In this document: in pieces, positions 9,901-26,628 of the stretch
Numbering within the stretch: the stretch's first letter is position 1
How the letters are laid out: each line of letters opens with the position of its first letter
NCBI GenBank assembly: GCA_964057225.1
Contig: CAXKVF010000075.1
Location: forward strand, 790,675-854,674
Direction: 5' to 3'
Source: Auanema rhodensis
Taxonomy: Eukaryota > Animalia > Nematoda
DNA length: 64,000 nt
Position numbers and translations under genes: made by a program
Notes under the pieces: generated by a model
Database searches by the model: none
Told to the model about the DNA's origin: nothing
The model's input: the letters and a program-made list of their open reading frames with translations, nothing else

Positions 9901-12900
9901 TGTACACGTGATGTGCACTTGGTATGTAACTCGCTTCACGTGAAAGATAAAGAGATGCGGTTTTCAAAATTAGATTCCCCATGTCCATATTAGTCTAAAA
10001 ACAAATTTTTATTGATATTGCTTCATGGTAACCATGACTTTGAAATTTACGTGAACTTTAATTTATGCTAATTAAATGTACACGTGATGTGCACTTGGTA
10101 TGTAACTCGCTTCACGTGAAAGATAAAGAGATGCGGTTTTCAAAATTAGATTCCCCATGTCCATATTAGTCTAAAAACAAATTTTAATTGATATTGGTTC
10201 ATGGTAACCATGACTTTGAAATTTACGTGAACTTTAATTTATGCTAATTAAATGTACACGTGATGTGCACTTGGTATGTAACTCGCTTCACGTGAAAGAT
10301 AAAGAGATGCGGTTTTCAAAATTAGATTCCCCATGTCCATATTAGTCTAAAAACAAATTTTTATTGATATTGGTGCATGGTAACCATGACTTTGAAATTT
10401 ACGTGAACTTTAATTTATGCTAATTAAATGTACACGTGATGTGCACTTGGTATGTAACTCGCTTCACGTGAAAGATAAAGAGATGCGGTTTTCAAAATTA
10501 GATTCCCCATGTCCATATTAGTCTAAAAACAAATTTTTATTGATATTGGTTCATGGTAACCATGACTTTGAAATTTACGTGAACTTTAATTTATGCTAAT
10601 TAAATGTACACGTGATGTGCACTTGGTATGTAACTCGCTTCACGTGAAAGATAAAGAGATGCGGTTTTCAAAATTAGATTCCCCATGTCCATATTAGTCT
10701 AAAAACAAATTTTTATTGATATTGCTTCATGGTAACCATGACTTTGAAATTTACGTGAACTTTAATTTATGCTAATTAAATGTACACGTGATGTGCACTT
10801 GGTATGTAACTCGCTTCACGTGAAAGATAAAGAGATGCGGTTTTCAAAATTAGATTCCCCATGTCCATATTAGTCTAAAAACAAATTTTTATTGATATTG
10901 GTTCATGGTAACCATGACTTTGAAATTTACGTGAACTTTAATTTATGCTAATTAAATGTACACGTGATGTGTACTTGGTATGTAACTCGCTTCACGTGAA
11001 AGATAAAGAGATGCGGTTTTCAAAATTAGATGCCCCATGTCCATATTAGTCTAAAAACAAATTTTTATTGATATTGCTTCATGGTAACCATGACTTTGAA
11101 ATTTACGTGAACTTTAATTTATGCTAATTAAATGTACACGTGATGTGCACTTGGTATGTAACTCGCTTCACGTGAAAGATAAAGAGATGCGGTTTTCAAA
11201 ATTAGATTCCCCATGTCCATATTAGTCTAAAAACAAATTTTTATTGATATTGGTTCATGGTAACCATGACTTTGAAATTTACGTGAACTTTAATTTATGC
11301 TAATTAAATGTACACGTGATGTGTACTTGGTATGTAACTCGCTTCACGTGAAAGATAAAGAGATGCGGTTTTCAAAATTAGATGCCCCATGTCCATATTA
11401 GTCTAAAAACAAATTTTTATTGATATTGCTTCATGGTAACCATGACTTTGAAATTTACGTGAACTTTAATTTATGCTAATTAAATGTACACGTGATGTGC
11501 ACTTGGTATGTAACTCGCTTCACGTGAAAGATAAAGAGATGCGGTTTTCAAAATTAGATTCCCCATGTCCATATTAGTCTAAAAACAAATTTTTATTGAT
11601 ATTGGTTCATGGTAACCATGACTTTGAAATTTACGTGAACTTTAATTTATGCTAATTAAATGTACACGTGATGTGCACTTGGTATGTAACTCGCTTCACG
11701 TGAAAGATAAAGAGATGCGGTTTTCAAAATTGGATTCCCCATGTCCATATTAGTCTAAAAACAAATTTTTATTGATATTGCTTCATGGTAACCATGACTT
11801 TGAAATTTACGTGAACTTTAATTTATGCAAATTAATGTACACGTGATGTGCACTTGGTATGTAACTCGCTTCAAGTGAAAGATAAAGAGATGCGGTTTTC
11901 AAAATTAGATTCCCCATGTCCATATTAGTCTAAAAACAAATTTTTATTGATATTGCTTCATGGTAACCATGACTTTGAAATTTACGTGAACTTTAATTTA
12001 TGATAATTAAATGTACACGTGATGTGCACTTGGTATGTAACTCGCTTCACGTGAAAGATAAAGAGATGCGGTTTTCAAAATTAGATTCCCCATGTCCATA
12101 TTAGTCTAAAAACAAATTTTTATTGATATTGCTTCATGGTAACCATGACTTTGAAATTTACGTGAACTTTAATTTATGCTAATTAAATGTACACGTGATG
12201 TGCACTTGGTATGTAACTCGCTTCACGTGAAAGATAAAGAGATGCGGTTTTCAAAATTAGATTCCCCATGTCCATATTAGTCTAAAAACAATTTTTTATT
12301 GATATTGGTTCATGGTAACCATGACTTTGAAATTTACGTGAACTTTAATTTATGCTCATTAAATGTACACATGATGTGCACTTGGTATGTAACTCGCTTC
12401 ACGTGAAAGATAAAGAGATGCGGTTTTCAAAATTAGATTCCCCATGTCCATATTAGTCTAAAAACAAATTTTTATTGATATTGGTGCATGGTAACCATGA
12501 CTTTGAAATTTACGTGAACTTTAATTTATGCTAATTAAATGTACACGTGATGTGCACTTGGTATGTAACTCGCTTCACGTGAAAGATAAAGAGATGCGGT
12601 TTTCAAAATTAGATTCCCCATGTCCATATTAGTCTAAAAACAAATTTTTATTGATATTGCTTCATGGTAACCATGACTTTGAAATTTACGTGAACTTTAA
12701 TTTATGCTAATTAAATGTACACGTGATGTGCACTTGGTATGTAACTCGCTTCACGTGAAAGATAAAGAGATGCGGTTTTCAAAATTAGATTCCCCATGTC
12801 CATATTAGTCTAAAAACAAATTTTTATTGATATTGGTTCATGGTAACCATGACTTTGAAATTTACGTGAACTTTAATTTATGCTAATTAAATGTACACGT

Positions 12901-15900
12901 GATGTGCACTTGGTATGTAACTCGCTTCACGTGAAAGATAAAGAGATGCGGTTTTCAAAATTAGATTCCCCATGTCCATATTAGTCTAAAAACAAATTTT
13001 TATTGATATTGGTGCATGGTAACCATGACTTTGAATTTTACGTGAACTTTAATTTATGCTAATTAAATGTACACGTGATGTGCACTTGGTATGTAACTCG
13101 CTTCACGTGAAAGATAAAGAGATGCGGTTTTCAAAATTAGATTCCCCATGTCCATATTAGTCTAAAAACAAATTTTTATTGATATTGGTTCATGGTAACC
13201 ATGACTTTGAAATTTACGTGAACTTTAATTTATGCTAATTAAATGTACACGTGATGTGTACTTGGTATGTAACTCGCTTCACGTGAAAGATAAAGAGATG
13301 CGGTTTTCAAAATTAGATGCCCCATGTCCATATTAGTCTAAAAACAAATTTTTATTGATATTGCTTCATGGTAACCATGACTTTGAAATTTACGTGAACT
13401 TTAATTTATGCTAATTAAATGTACACGTGATGTGCACTTGGTATGTAACTCGCTTCACGTGAAAGATAAAGAGATGCGGTTTTCAAAATTAGATTCCCCA
13501 TGTCCATATTAGTCTAAAAACAAATTTTTATTGATATTGGTTCATGGTAACCATGACTTTGAAATTTACGTGAACTTTAATTTATGCTAATTAAATGTAC
13601 ACGTGATGTGCACTTAGTATGTAACTCGCTTCACGTGAAAGATAAAGAGATGCGGTTTTCAAAATTGGATTCCCCATGTCCATATTAGTCTAAAAACAAA
13701 TTTTTATTGATATTGCTTCATGGTAACCATGACTTTGAAATTTACGTGAACTTTAATTCATGCAAATTAATGTACACGTGATGTGCACTTGGTATGTAAC
13801 TCGCTTCAAGTGAAAGATAAAGAGATGCGGTTTTCAAAATTAGATTCCCCATGTCCATATTAGTCTAAAAACAAATTTTTATTGATATTGGTGCATGGTA
13901 ACCATGACTTTGAATTTTACGTGAACTTTAATTTATGCTAATTAAATGTACACGTGATGTGCACTTGGTATGTAACTCGCTTCACGTGAAAGATAAAGAG
14001 ATGCGGTTTTCAAAATTAGATTCCCCATGTCCATATTAGTCTAAAAACAAATTTTTATTGATATTGGTTCATGGTAACCATGACTTTGAAATTTACGTGA
14101 ACTTTAATTTATGCTAATTAAATGTACACGTGATGTGTACTTGGTATGTAACTCGCTTCACGTGAAAGATAAAGAGATGCGGTTTTCAAAATTAGATGCC
14201 CCATGTCCATATTAGTCTAAAAACAAATTTTTATTGATATTGCTTCATGGTAACCATGACTTTGAAATTTACGTGAACTTTAATTTATGCTAATTAAATG
14301 TACACGTGATGTGCACTTGGTATGTAACTCGCTTCACGTGAAAGATAAAGAGATGCGGTTTTCAAAATTAGATTCCCCATGTCCATATTAGTCTAAAAAC
14401 AAATTTTTATTGATATTGGTTCATGGTAACCATGACTTTGAAATTTACGTGAACTTTAATTTATGCTAATTAAATGTACACGTGATGTGCACTTAGTATG
14501 TAACTCGCTTCACGTGAAAGATAAAGAGATGCGGTTTTCAAAATTGGATTCCCCATGTCCATATTAGTCTAAAAACAAATTTTTATTGATATTGCTTCAT
14601 GGTAACCATGACTTTGAAATTTACGTGAACTTTAATTTATGCAAATTAATGTACACGTGATGTGCACTTGGTATGTAACTCGCTTCAAGTGAAAGATAAA
14701 GAGATGCGGTTTTCAAAATTAGATTCCCCATGTCCATATTAGTCTAAAAACAAATTTTTATTGATATTGCTTCATGGTAACCATGACTTTGAAATTTACG
14801 TGAACTTTAATTTATTCTAATTAAATGTACACGTGATGTGCACTTGGTATGTAACTCGCTTCACGTGAAAGATAAAGAGATGCGGTTTTCAAAATTAGAT
14901 TCCCCATGTCCATATTAGTCTAAAAACAAATTTTTATTGATATTAGTTCATGGTAACCATGACTTTCAAATTTACGTGAACTTTAATTTATGCTAATTAA
15001 ATGTACACGTGATGTGCACTTGGTATGTAACTCGCTTCACGTGAAAGATAAAGAGATGCGGTTTTCAAAATTAGATTCCCCATGTCCATATTAGTCTAAA
15101 AACAAATTTTTATTGATATTGGTGCATGGTAACCATGACTTTGAATTTTACGTGAACTTTAATTTATGCTAATTAAATGTACACGTGATGTGCACTTGGT
15201 ATGTAACTCGCTTCACGTGAACGATAAAGAGATGCGGTTTTCAAAATTAGATTCCCCATGTCCATATTAGTCTAAAAACAAATTTTTATTGATATTGGTT
15301 CATGGTAACCATGACTTTGAAATTTACGTGAACTTTAATTTATGCTAATTAAATGTACACGTGATGTGCACTTGGTATGTAACTCGCTTCACGTGAAAGA
15401 TAAAGAGATGCGGTTTTCAAAATTAGATTCCCCATGTCCATATTAGTCTAAAAACAAATTTTTATTGATATTGGTTCATGGTAACCATGACTTTGAAATT
15501 TACGTGAACTTTAATTTATGCTAATTAAATGTACACGTGATGTGCACTTGGTATGTAACTCGCTTCACGTGAAAGATAAAGAGATGCGGTTTTCAAAATT
15601 AGATTCCCCATGTCCATATTAGTCTAAAAACAAATTTTTATTGATATTGGTTCATGGTAACCATGACTTTGAAATGTACGTGAACTTTAATTTATGCTAA
15701 TTAAATGTACACGTGATGTGCACTTGGTATGTAACTCGCTTCACGTGAAAGATAAAGAGATGCGGTTTTCAAAATTGGATTCCCCATGTCCATATTAGTC
15801 TAAAAACAAATTTTTATTGATATTGCTTCATGGTAACCATGACTTTGAAATTTACGTGAACTTTAATTTATGCAAATTAATGTACACGTGATGTGCACTT

Positions 15901-18900
15901 GGTATGTAACTCGCTTCACGTGAAAGATAAAGAGATGCGGTTTTCAAAATTAAATTCCCCATGTCCATATTAGTCTAAAAACAAATTTTTATTGATATTG
16001 CTTCATGGTAACCATGACTTTGAAATTTACGTGAACTTTAATTTATTCTAATTAAATGTACACGTGATGTGCACTTGGTATGTAACTCGCTTCACGTGAA
16101 AGATAAAGAGATGCGGTTTTCAAAATTAGATTCCCCATGTCCATATTAGTCTAAAAACAAATTTTTATTGATATTGGTTCATGGTAACCATGACTTTGAA
16201 ATTTACGTGAACTTTAATTTATGCTAATTAAATGTACACGTGATGTGCACTTGGTATGTAACTCGCTTCGCGTGAAAGATAAAGAGATGCGGTTTTCAAA
16301 ATTAGATGCCCCATGTCCATATTAGTCTAAAAACAAATTTTTATTGATATTGCTTCATGGTAACCATGACTTTGAAATTTACGTGAACTTTAATTTATGC
16401 TAATTAAATGTACACGTGATGTGCACTTGGTATGTAACTCGCTTCACGTGAAAGATAAAGAGATGCGGTTTTCAAAATTAGATTCCCCATGTCCATATTA
16501 GTCTAAAAACAAATTTTTATTGATATTAGTTCATGGTAACCATGACTTTCAAATTTACGTGAACTTTAATTTATGCTAATTAAATGTACACGTGATGTGC
16601 ACTTGGTATGTAACTCGCTTCACGTGAAAGATAAAGAGATGCGGTTTTCAAAATTAGATTCCCCATGTCCATATTAGTCTAAAAACAAATTTTTATTGAT
16701 ATTGGTTCATGGTAACCATGACTTTGAAATTTACGTGAACTTTAATTTATGCTAATTAAATGTACACGTGATGTGCACTTGGTATGTAACTCGCTTCGCG
16801 TGAAAGATAAAGAGATGCGGTTTTCAAAATTAGATGCCCCATGTCCATATTAGTCTAAAAACAAATTTTTATTGATATTGCTTCATGGTAACCATGACTT
16901 TGAAATTTACGTGAACTTTAATTTATGCTAATTAAATGTACACGTGATGTGCACTTGGTATGTAACTCGCTTCACGTGAAAGATAAAGAGATGCGGTTTT
17001 CAAAATTAGATTCCCCATGTCCATATTAGTCTAAAAACAAATTTTTATTGATATTAGTTCGTGGTAACCATGACTTTCAAATTTACGTGAACTTTAATTT
17101 ATGCTAATTAAATGTACACGTGATGTGCACTTGGTATGTAACTCGCTTCACGTGAAAGATAAAGAGATGCGGTTTTCAAAATTAGATTCCCCATGTCCAT
17201 ATTAGTCTAAAAACAAATTTTTATTGATATTGCTTCATGGTAACCATGACTTTGAAATTTACGTGAACTTTAATTTATGCTAATTAAATGTACACGTGAT
17301 GTGCACTTGGTATGTAACTCGCTTCACGTGAAAGATAAAGAGATGCGGTTTTCAAAATTAGATTCCCCATGTCCATATTAGTCTAAAAACAAATTTTTAT
17401 TGATATTGGTTCATGGTAACCATGACTTTGAAATTTACGTGAACTTTAATTTATGCTAATTAAATGTACACGTGATGTGCACTTGGTATGTAACTCGCTT
17501 CACGTGAAAGATAAAGAGATGCGGTTTTCAAAATTAGATGCCCCATGTCCATATTAGTCTAAAAACAAATTTTTATTGATATTGCTTCATGGTAACCATG
17601 ACTTTGAAATTTACGTGAACTTTAATTTATGCTAATTAAATGTACACGTGATGTGCACTTGGTATGTAACTCGCTTCACGTGAAAGATAAAGAGATGCGG
17701 TTTTCAAAATTAGATTCCCCATGTCCATATTAGTCTAAAAACAAATTTTTATTGATATTAGTTCATGGTAACCATGACTTTCAAATTTACGTGAACTTCA
17801 ATTTATGCTAATTAAATGTACACGTGATGTGCACTTGGTATGTAACTCGCTTCACGTGAAAGATAAAGAGATGCGGTTTTCAAAATTAGATTCCCCATGT
17901 CCATATTAGTCTAAAAACAAATTTTTATTGATATTGGTGCATGGTAACCATGACTTTGAATTCTACGTGAACTTTAATTTATGCTAATTAAATGTACACG
18001 TGATGTGCACTTGGTATGTAACTCGCTTCACGTGAACGATAAAGAGATGCGGTTTTCAAAATTAGATTCCCCATGTCCATATTAGTCTAAAAACAAATTT
18101 TTATTGATATTGGTTCATGGTAACCATGACTTTGAAATTTACGTGAACTTTAATTTATGCTAATTAAATGTACACGTGATGTGCACTTGGTATGTAACTC
18201 GCTTCACGTGAAAGATAAAGAGATGCGGTTTTCAAAATTAGATTCCCCATGTCCATATTAGTCTAAAAACAAATTTTTATTGATATTGCTTCATGGTAAC
18301 CATGACTTTGAAATTTACGTGAACTTTAATTTATGCTAATTAAATGTACACGTGATGTGCACTTGGTATGTAACTCGCTTCACGTGAAAGATAAAGAGAT
18401 GCGGTTTTCAAAATTAGATTCCCCATGTCCATATTAGTCTAAAAACAAATTTTTATTGATATTGGTGCATGGTAACCATGACTTTGAAATTTACGTGAAC
18501 TTTAATTTATGCTAATTAAATGTACACGTGATGTGCACTTGGTATGTAACTCGCTTCACGTGAAAGATAAAGAGATGCGGTTTTCAAAATTAGATTCCAC
18601 ATGTCCATATTAGTCTAAAAGCAAATTTTTATTGATAATGGTTCATGGTAACCATGACTTTGAAATTTACGTGAACTTTAATTTATGCTAATTAAATGTA
18701 CACGTGATGTGCACTTGGTATGTAACTCGCTTCACGTGAAAGATAAAGAGATGCGGTTTTCAAAATTAGATTCCCCATGTCCATATTAGTCTAAAAACAA
18801 ATTTTTATTGATATTGCTTCATGGTAACCATGACTTTGAAATTTACGTGAACTTTAATTTATGCTAATTAAATGTACACGTGATGTGCACTTGGTATGTA

Positions 18901-21900
18901 ACTCGCTTCACGTGAAAGATAAAGAGATGCGGTTTTCAAAATTAGATTCCACATGTCCATATTAGTCTAAAAACAAATTTTTATTGATATTGGTTCATGG
19001 TAACCATGACTTTGAAATTTACGTGAACTTTAATTCATGCTAATTAAATGTACACGTGATGTGCACTTGGTATGTAACTCGCTTCACGTGAAAGATAAAG
19101 AGATGCGGTTTTCACAATTAGATTCCCCATGTCCATATTAGTCTAAAAACAAATTTTTATTGATATTGGTGCATGGTAACCATGACTTTGAAATTTACGT
19201 GAACTTTAATTTATGCTAATTAAATGTACACGTGATGTGCACTTGGTATGTAACTCGCTTCACGTGAAAGATAAAGAGATGCGGTTTTCAAAATTAGAAT
19301 CCCCATGTCCATATTAGTCTAAAAACAAATTTTTATTGATATTGCTTCATGGTAACCATGACTTTGAAATTTACGTGAACTTTAATTTATGCTAATTAAA
19401 TGTACACGTGATGTGCACTTGGTATGTAACTCGCTTCACGTGAAAGATAAAGAGATGCGGTTTTCAAAATTAGATTCCCCATGTCCATATTAGTCTAAAA
19501 ACAATTTTTTATTGATATTGGTTCATGGTAACCATGACTTTGAAAATTACGTGAACTTTAATTTATGCTAATTAAATGTACACGTGATGTGCACTTGGTA
19601 TGTAACTCGCTTCACGTGAAAGATGAAGAGATGCGGTTTTCAAAATTAGATTCCCCATGTCCATATTAGTCTAAAAACAAATTTTTATTGATATTGCTTC
19701 ATGGTAACCATGACTTTGAAATTTACGTGAACTTTAATTTATGCTAATTAAATGTACACGTGATGTGCACTTGGTATGTAACTCGCTTCACGTGAAAGAT
19801 AAAGAGATGCGGTTTTCAAAATTAGATTCCCCATGTCCATATTAGTCTAAAAACAAATTTTAATTGATATTGGTTCATGGTAACCATGACTTTGAAATTT
19901 ACGTGAACTTTAATTTATGCTAATTAAATGTACACGTGATGTGCACTTGGTATGTAACTCGCTTCACGTGAAAGATAAAGAGATGCGGTTTTCAAAATTA
20001 GATTCCCCATGTCCATATTAGTCTAAAAACAAATTTTAATTGATATTGGTTCATGGTAACCATGACTTTGAAATTTACGTGAACTTTAATTTATGCTAAT
20101 TAAATGTACACGTGATGTGCACTTGGTATGTAACTCGCTTCACGTGAAAGATAAAGAGATGCGGTTTTCAAAATTAGATTCCCCATGTCCATATTAGTCT
20201 AAAAACAAATTTTTATTGATATTGCTTCATGGTAACCATGACTTTGAAATTTACGTGAACTTTAATTTATGCTAATTAAATGTACACGTGATGTGCACTT
20301 GGTATGTAACTCGCTTCACGTGAAAGATAAAGAGATGCGGTTTTCAAAATTAGATTCCCCATGTCCATATTAGTCTAAAAACAAATTTTTATTGATATTG
20401 CTTCATGGTAACCATGACTTTGAAATTTACGTGAACTTTAATTTATGCTAATTAAATGTACACGTGATGTGCACTTGGTATGTAACTCGCTTCACGTGAA
20501 AGATAAAGAGATGCGGTTTTCAAAATTAGATTCCCCATGTCCATATTAGTCTAAAAACAAATTTTTATTGATATTGGTGCATGGTAACCATGACTTTGAA
20601 ATTTACGTGAACTTTAATTTATGCTAATTAAATGTACACGTGATGTGCACTTGGTATGTAACTCGCTTCACGTGAAAGATAAAGAGATGCGGTTTTCAAA
20701 ATTAGATTCCCCATGTCCATATTAGTCTAAAAACAAATTTTTATTGATATTGGTGCATGGTAACCATGACTTTGAAATTTACGTGAACTTTAATTTATGC
20801 TAATTAAATGTACACGTGATGTGCACTTGGTATGTAACTCGCTTCACGTGAAAGATAAAGAGATGCGGTTTTCAAAATTAGATTCCCCATGTCCATATTA
20901 GTCTAAAAACAAATTTTTATTGATATTGGTGCATGGTAACCATGACTTTGAAATTTACGTGAACTTTAATTTATACTAATTAAATGTACACGTGATGTGC
21001 ACTTGGTATGTAACTCGCTTCACGTGAAAGATAAAGAGATGCGGTTTTCAAAATTAGATTCCCCATTTCCATATTAGTCTAAAAACAAATTTTTATTGAT
21101 ATTGGTGCATGGTAACCATGACTTTGAAATTTACGTGAACTTTAATTTATGCTAATTAAATGTACACGTGATGTGCACTTGGTATGTAACTCGCTTCACG
21201 TGAAAGATAAAGAGATGCGGTTTTCAAAATTAGATTCCCCATGTCCATATTAGTCTAAAAACAAATTTTTATTGATATTGGTGCATGGTAACCATGACTT
21301 TGAAATTTACGTGAACTTTAATTTATGCTAATTAAATGTACACGTGATGTGCACTTGGTATGTAACTCGCTTCACGTGAAAGATAAAGAGATGCGGTTTT
21401 CAAAATTAGATTCCCCATGTCCATATTAGTCTAAAAACAAATTTTTATTGATATTGGTTCATGGTAACCATGACTTTGAAATTTACGTGAACTTTAATTC
21501 ATGCTAATTAAATGTACACGTGATGTGCACTTGGTATGTAACTCGCTTCACGTGAAAGATAAAGAGATGCGGTTTTCACAATTAGATTCCCCATGTCTAT
21601 ATTAGTCTAAAAACAAATTTTTATTGATATTGGTGCATGGTAACCATGACTTTGAAATTTACGTGAACTTTAATTTATGCTAATTAAATGTACACGTGAT
21701 GTGCACTTGGTATGTAACTCGCTTCACGTGAAAGATAAAGAGATGCGGTTTTCAAAATTAGATTCCCCATGTCCATATTAGTCTAAAAACAAATTTTTAT
21801 TGATATTGGTGCATGGTAACCATGACTTTGAAATTTACGTGAACTTTAATTTATGCTAATTAAATGTACACGTGATGTGCACTTGGTATGTAACTCGCTT

Positions 21901-24900
21901 CACGTGAAAGATGAAGAGATGCGGTTTTCAAAATTAGATTCCCCATGTCCATATTAGTCTAAAAACAAATTTTTATTGATATTGGTGCATGGTAACCATG
22001 ACTTTGAAATTTACGTGAACTTTAATTTATGCTAATTAAATGTACACGTGATGTGCACTTGGTATGTAACTCGCTTCACGTGAAAGATAAAGAGATGCGG
22101 TTTTCAAAATTAGATTCCCCATGTCCATATTAGTCTAAAAACAATTTTTTATTGATATTGGTTCATGGTAACCATGACTTTGAAATTTACGTGAACTTTA
22201 ATTTATGCTAATTAAATGTACACGTGATGTGCACTTGGTATGTAACTCGCTTCACGTGAAAGATAAAAAGATGCGGTTTTCAAAATTAGGTTCCCCATGT
22301 CCATATTAGTCTAAAAACAAATTTTTATTGATATTGCTTCATGGTAACCATGACTTTGAAATTTACGTGAACTTTAATTTATGCTAATTAAATGTACACG
22401 TGATGTGCACTTGGTATGTAACTCGCTTCACGTGAAAGATAAAGAGATGCGGTTTTCAAAATTAGATTCCCCATGTCCATATTAGTCTAAAAACAAATTT
22501 TAATTGATATTGGTTCATGGTAACCATGACTTTGAAATTTACGTGAACTTTAATTTATGCTAATTAAATGTACACGTGATGTGCACTTGGTATGTAACTC
22601 GCTTCACGTGAAAGATAAAGAGATGCGGTTTTCAAAATTAGATTCCCCATGTCCATATTAGTCTAAAAACAATTTTTTATTGATATTGGTTCATGGTAAC
22701 CATGACTTTGAAATTTACGTGAACTTTAATTTATGCTAATTAAATGTACACGTGATGTGCACTTGGTATGTAACTCGCTTCACGTGAAAGATAAAGAGAT
22801 GCGGTTTTCAAAATTAGGTTCCCCATGTCCATATTAGTCTAAAAACAAATTTTTATTGATATTGCTTCATGGTAACCATGACTTTGAAATTTACGTGAAC
22901 TTTAATTTATGCTAATTAAATGTACACGTGATGTGCACTTGGTATGTAACTCGCTTCACGTGAAAGATAAAGAGATGCGGTTTTCAAAATTAGATTCCCC
23001 ATGTCCATATTAGTCTAAAAACAAATTTTTATTGATATTGGTTCATGGTAACCATGACTTTGAAATTTACGTGAACTTTAATTTATGCTAATTAAATGTA
23101 CACGTGATGTGCACTTGGTATGTAACTCGCTTCACGTGAAAGATAAAGAGATGCGGTTTTCAAAATTAGATTCCCCATGTCCATATTAGTCTAAAAACAA
23201 ATTTTTATTGATATTGGTTCATGGTAACCATGACTTTGAAATTTACGTGAACTTTAATTTATGCTAATTAAATGTACACGTGATGTGCACTTGGTATGTA
23301 ACTCGCTTCACGTGAAAGATAAAGAGATGTGGTTTTCAAAATTAGATTCCCCATGTCCATATTAGTCTAAAAACAAATTTTTATTGATATTGGTGCATGG
23401 TAACCATGACTTTGAAATTTACGTGAACTTTAATTTATGCTAATTAAATGTACACGTGATGTGCACTTGGTATGTAACTCGCTTCACGTGAAAGATGAAG
23501 AGATGCGGTTTTCAAAATTAGATTCCCCATGTCCATATTAGTCTAAAAACAAATTTTTATTGATATTGGTGCATGGTAACCATGACTTTGAAATTTACGT
23601 GAACTTTAATTTATGCTAATTAAATGTACACGTGATGTGCACTTGGTATGTAACTCGCTTCACGTGAAAGATAAAGAGATGCGGTTTTCAAAATTAGATT
23701 CCCCATGTCCATATTAGTCTAAAAACAATTTTTTATTGATATTGGTTCATGGTAACCATGACTTTGAAATTTACGTGAACTTTAATTTATGCTAATTAAA
23801 TGTACACGTGATGTGCACTTGGTATGTAACTCGCTTCACGTGAAAGATAAAAAGATGCGGTTTTCAAAATTAGGTTCCCCATGTCCATATTAGTCTAAAA
23901 ACAAATTTTTATTGATATTGCTTCATGGTAACCATGACTTTGAAATTTACGTGAACTTTAATTTATGCTAATTAAATGTACACGTGATGTGCACTTGGTA
24001 TGTAACTCGCTTCACGTGAAAGATAAAGAGATGCGGTTTTCAAAATTAGATTCCCCATGTCCATATTAGTCTAAAAACAAATTTTAATTGATATTGGTTC
24101 ATGGTAACCATGACTTTGAAATTTACGTGAACTTTAATTTATGCTAATTAAATGTACACGTGATGTGCACTTGGTATGTAACTCGCTTCACGTGAAAGAT
24201 AAAGAGATGCGGTTTTCAAAATTAGATTCCCCATGTCCATATTAGTCTAAAAACAAATTTTTATTGATATTGGTGCATGGTAACCATGACTTTGAAATTT
24301 ACGTGAACTTTAATTTATGCTAATTAAATGTACACGTGATGTGCACTTGGTATGTAACTCGCTTCACGTGAAAGATGAAGAGATGCGGTTTTCAAAATTA
24401 GATTCCCCATGTCCATATTAGTCTAAAAACAAATTTTTATTGATATTGGTGCATGGTAACCATGACTTTGAAATTTACGTGAACTTTAATTTATGCTAAT
24501 TAAATGTACACGTGATGTGCACTTGGTATGTAACTCGCTTCACGTGAAAGATAAAGAGATGCGGTTTTCAAAATTAGATTCCCCATGTCCATATTAGTCT
24601 AAAAACAATTTTTTATTGATATTGGTTCATGGTAACCATGACTTTGAAATTTACGTGAACTTTAATTTATGCTAATTAAATGTACACGTGATGTGCACTT
24701 GGTATGTAACTCGCTTCACGTGAAAGATAAAGAGATGCGGTTTTCAAAATTAGGTTCCCCATGTCCATATTAGTCTAAAAACAAATTTTTATTGATATTG
24801 CTTCATGGTAACCATGACTTTGAAATTTACGTGAACTTTAATTTATGCTAATTAAATGTACACGTGATGTGCACTTGGTATGTAACTCGCTTCACGTGAA

Positions 24901-26628
24901 AGATAAAGAGATGCGGTTTTCAAAATTAGATTCCCCATGTCCATATTAGTCTAAAAACAAATTTTTATTGATATTGGTTCATGGTAACCATGACTTTGAA
25001 ATTTACGTGAACTTTAATTTATGCTAATTAAATGTACACGTGATGTGCACTTGGTATGTAACTCGCTTCACGTGAAAGATAAAGAGATGCGGTTTTCAAA
25101 ATTAGATTCCCCATGTCCATATTAGTCTAAAAACAAATTTTTATTGATATTGGTTCATGGTAACCATGACTTTGAAATTTACGTGAACTTTAATTTATGC
25201 TAATTAAATGTACACGTGATGTGCACTTGGTATGTAACTCGCTTCACGTGAAAGATAAAGAGATGCGGTTTTCAAAATTAGATTCCCCATGTCCATATTA
25301 GTCTAAAAACAAATTTTTATTGATATTGGTTCATGGTAACCATGACTTTGAAATTTACGTGAACTTTAATTTATGCTAATTAAATGTACACGTGATGTGC
25401 ACTTGGTATGTAACTCGCTTCACGTGAAAGATAAGGAGATGCGGTTTTCAAAATTAGGTTCCCCATGTCCATATTAGTCTAAAAACAAATTTTTATTGAT
25501 ATTGGTTCATGGTAACCATGACTTTGAAATTTACGTGAACTTTAATTTATGCTAATTAAATGTACACGTGATGTGCACTTGGTATGTAACTCGCTTCACG
25601 TGAAAGATAAAGAGATGCGGTTTTCAAAATTAGATTCCCCATGTCCATATTAGTCTAAAAACAAATTTTTATTGATATTGGTGCATGGTAACCATGACTT
25701 TGAAATTTACGTGAACTTTAATTTATGCTAATTAAATGTACACGTGATGTGCATTTGGTATGTAACTCGCTTCACGTGAAAGATAAAGAGATGCGGTTTT
25801 CAAAATTAGATTCCCCATGTCCATATTAGTCTAAAAACAAATTTTTATTGATATTGGTTCATGGTAACCATGACTTTGAAATTTACGTGAACTTTAATTT
25901 TTGCTAATTAAATGTACACGTGATGTGCACTTGGTATGTAACTCGCTTCACGTGAAAGATAAAGTGATGCGGTTTTCAAAATTAGATTCCCCATGTCCAT
26001 ATTAGTCTAAAAACAAATTTTTATTGATATTGGTGCATGGTAACCATGACTTTGAAATTTACGTGAACTTTAATTTATGCTAATTAAATGTACACGTGAT
26101 GTGCACTTGGTATGTAACTCGCTTCACGTGAAAGATAAAGAGATGCGGTTTTCAAAATTAGATTCCCCATGTCCATATTAGTCTAAAAACAAATTTTTAT
26201 TGATATTGGTGCATGGTAACCATGACTTTGAAATTTACGTGAACTTTAATTTATGCTAATTAAATGTACACGTGATGTGCACTTGGTATGTAACTCGCTT
26301 CACGTGAAAGATAAAGAGATGCGGTTTTCAAAATTAGATTCCCCATGTCCATATTAGTCTAAAAACAAATTTTTATTGATATTGGTGCATGGTAACCATG
26401 ACTTTGAAATTTACGTGAACTTTAATTTATGCTAATTAAATGTACACGTGATGTGCACTTGGTATGTAACTCGCTTCACGTGAAAGATAAAGAGATGCGG
26501 TTTTCAAAATTAGATTCCCCATGTCCATATTAGTCTAAAAACAAATTTTTATTGATATTGGTTCATGGTAACCATGACTTTGAAATTTACGTGAACTTTA
26601 ATTTATGCTAATTAAATGTACACGTGAT

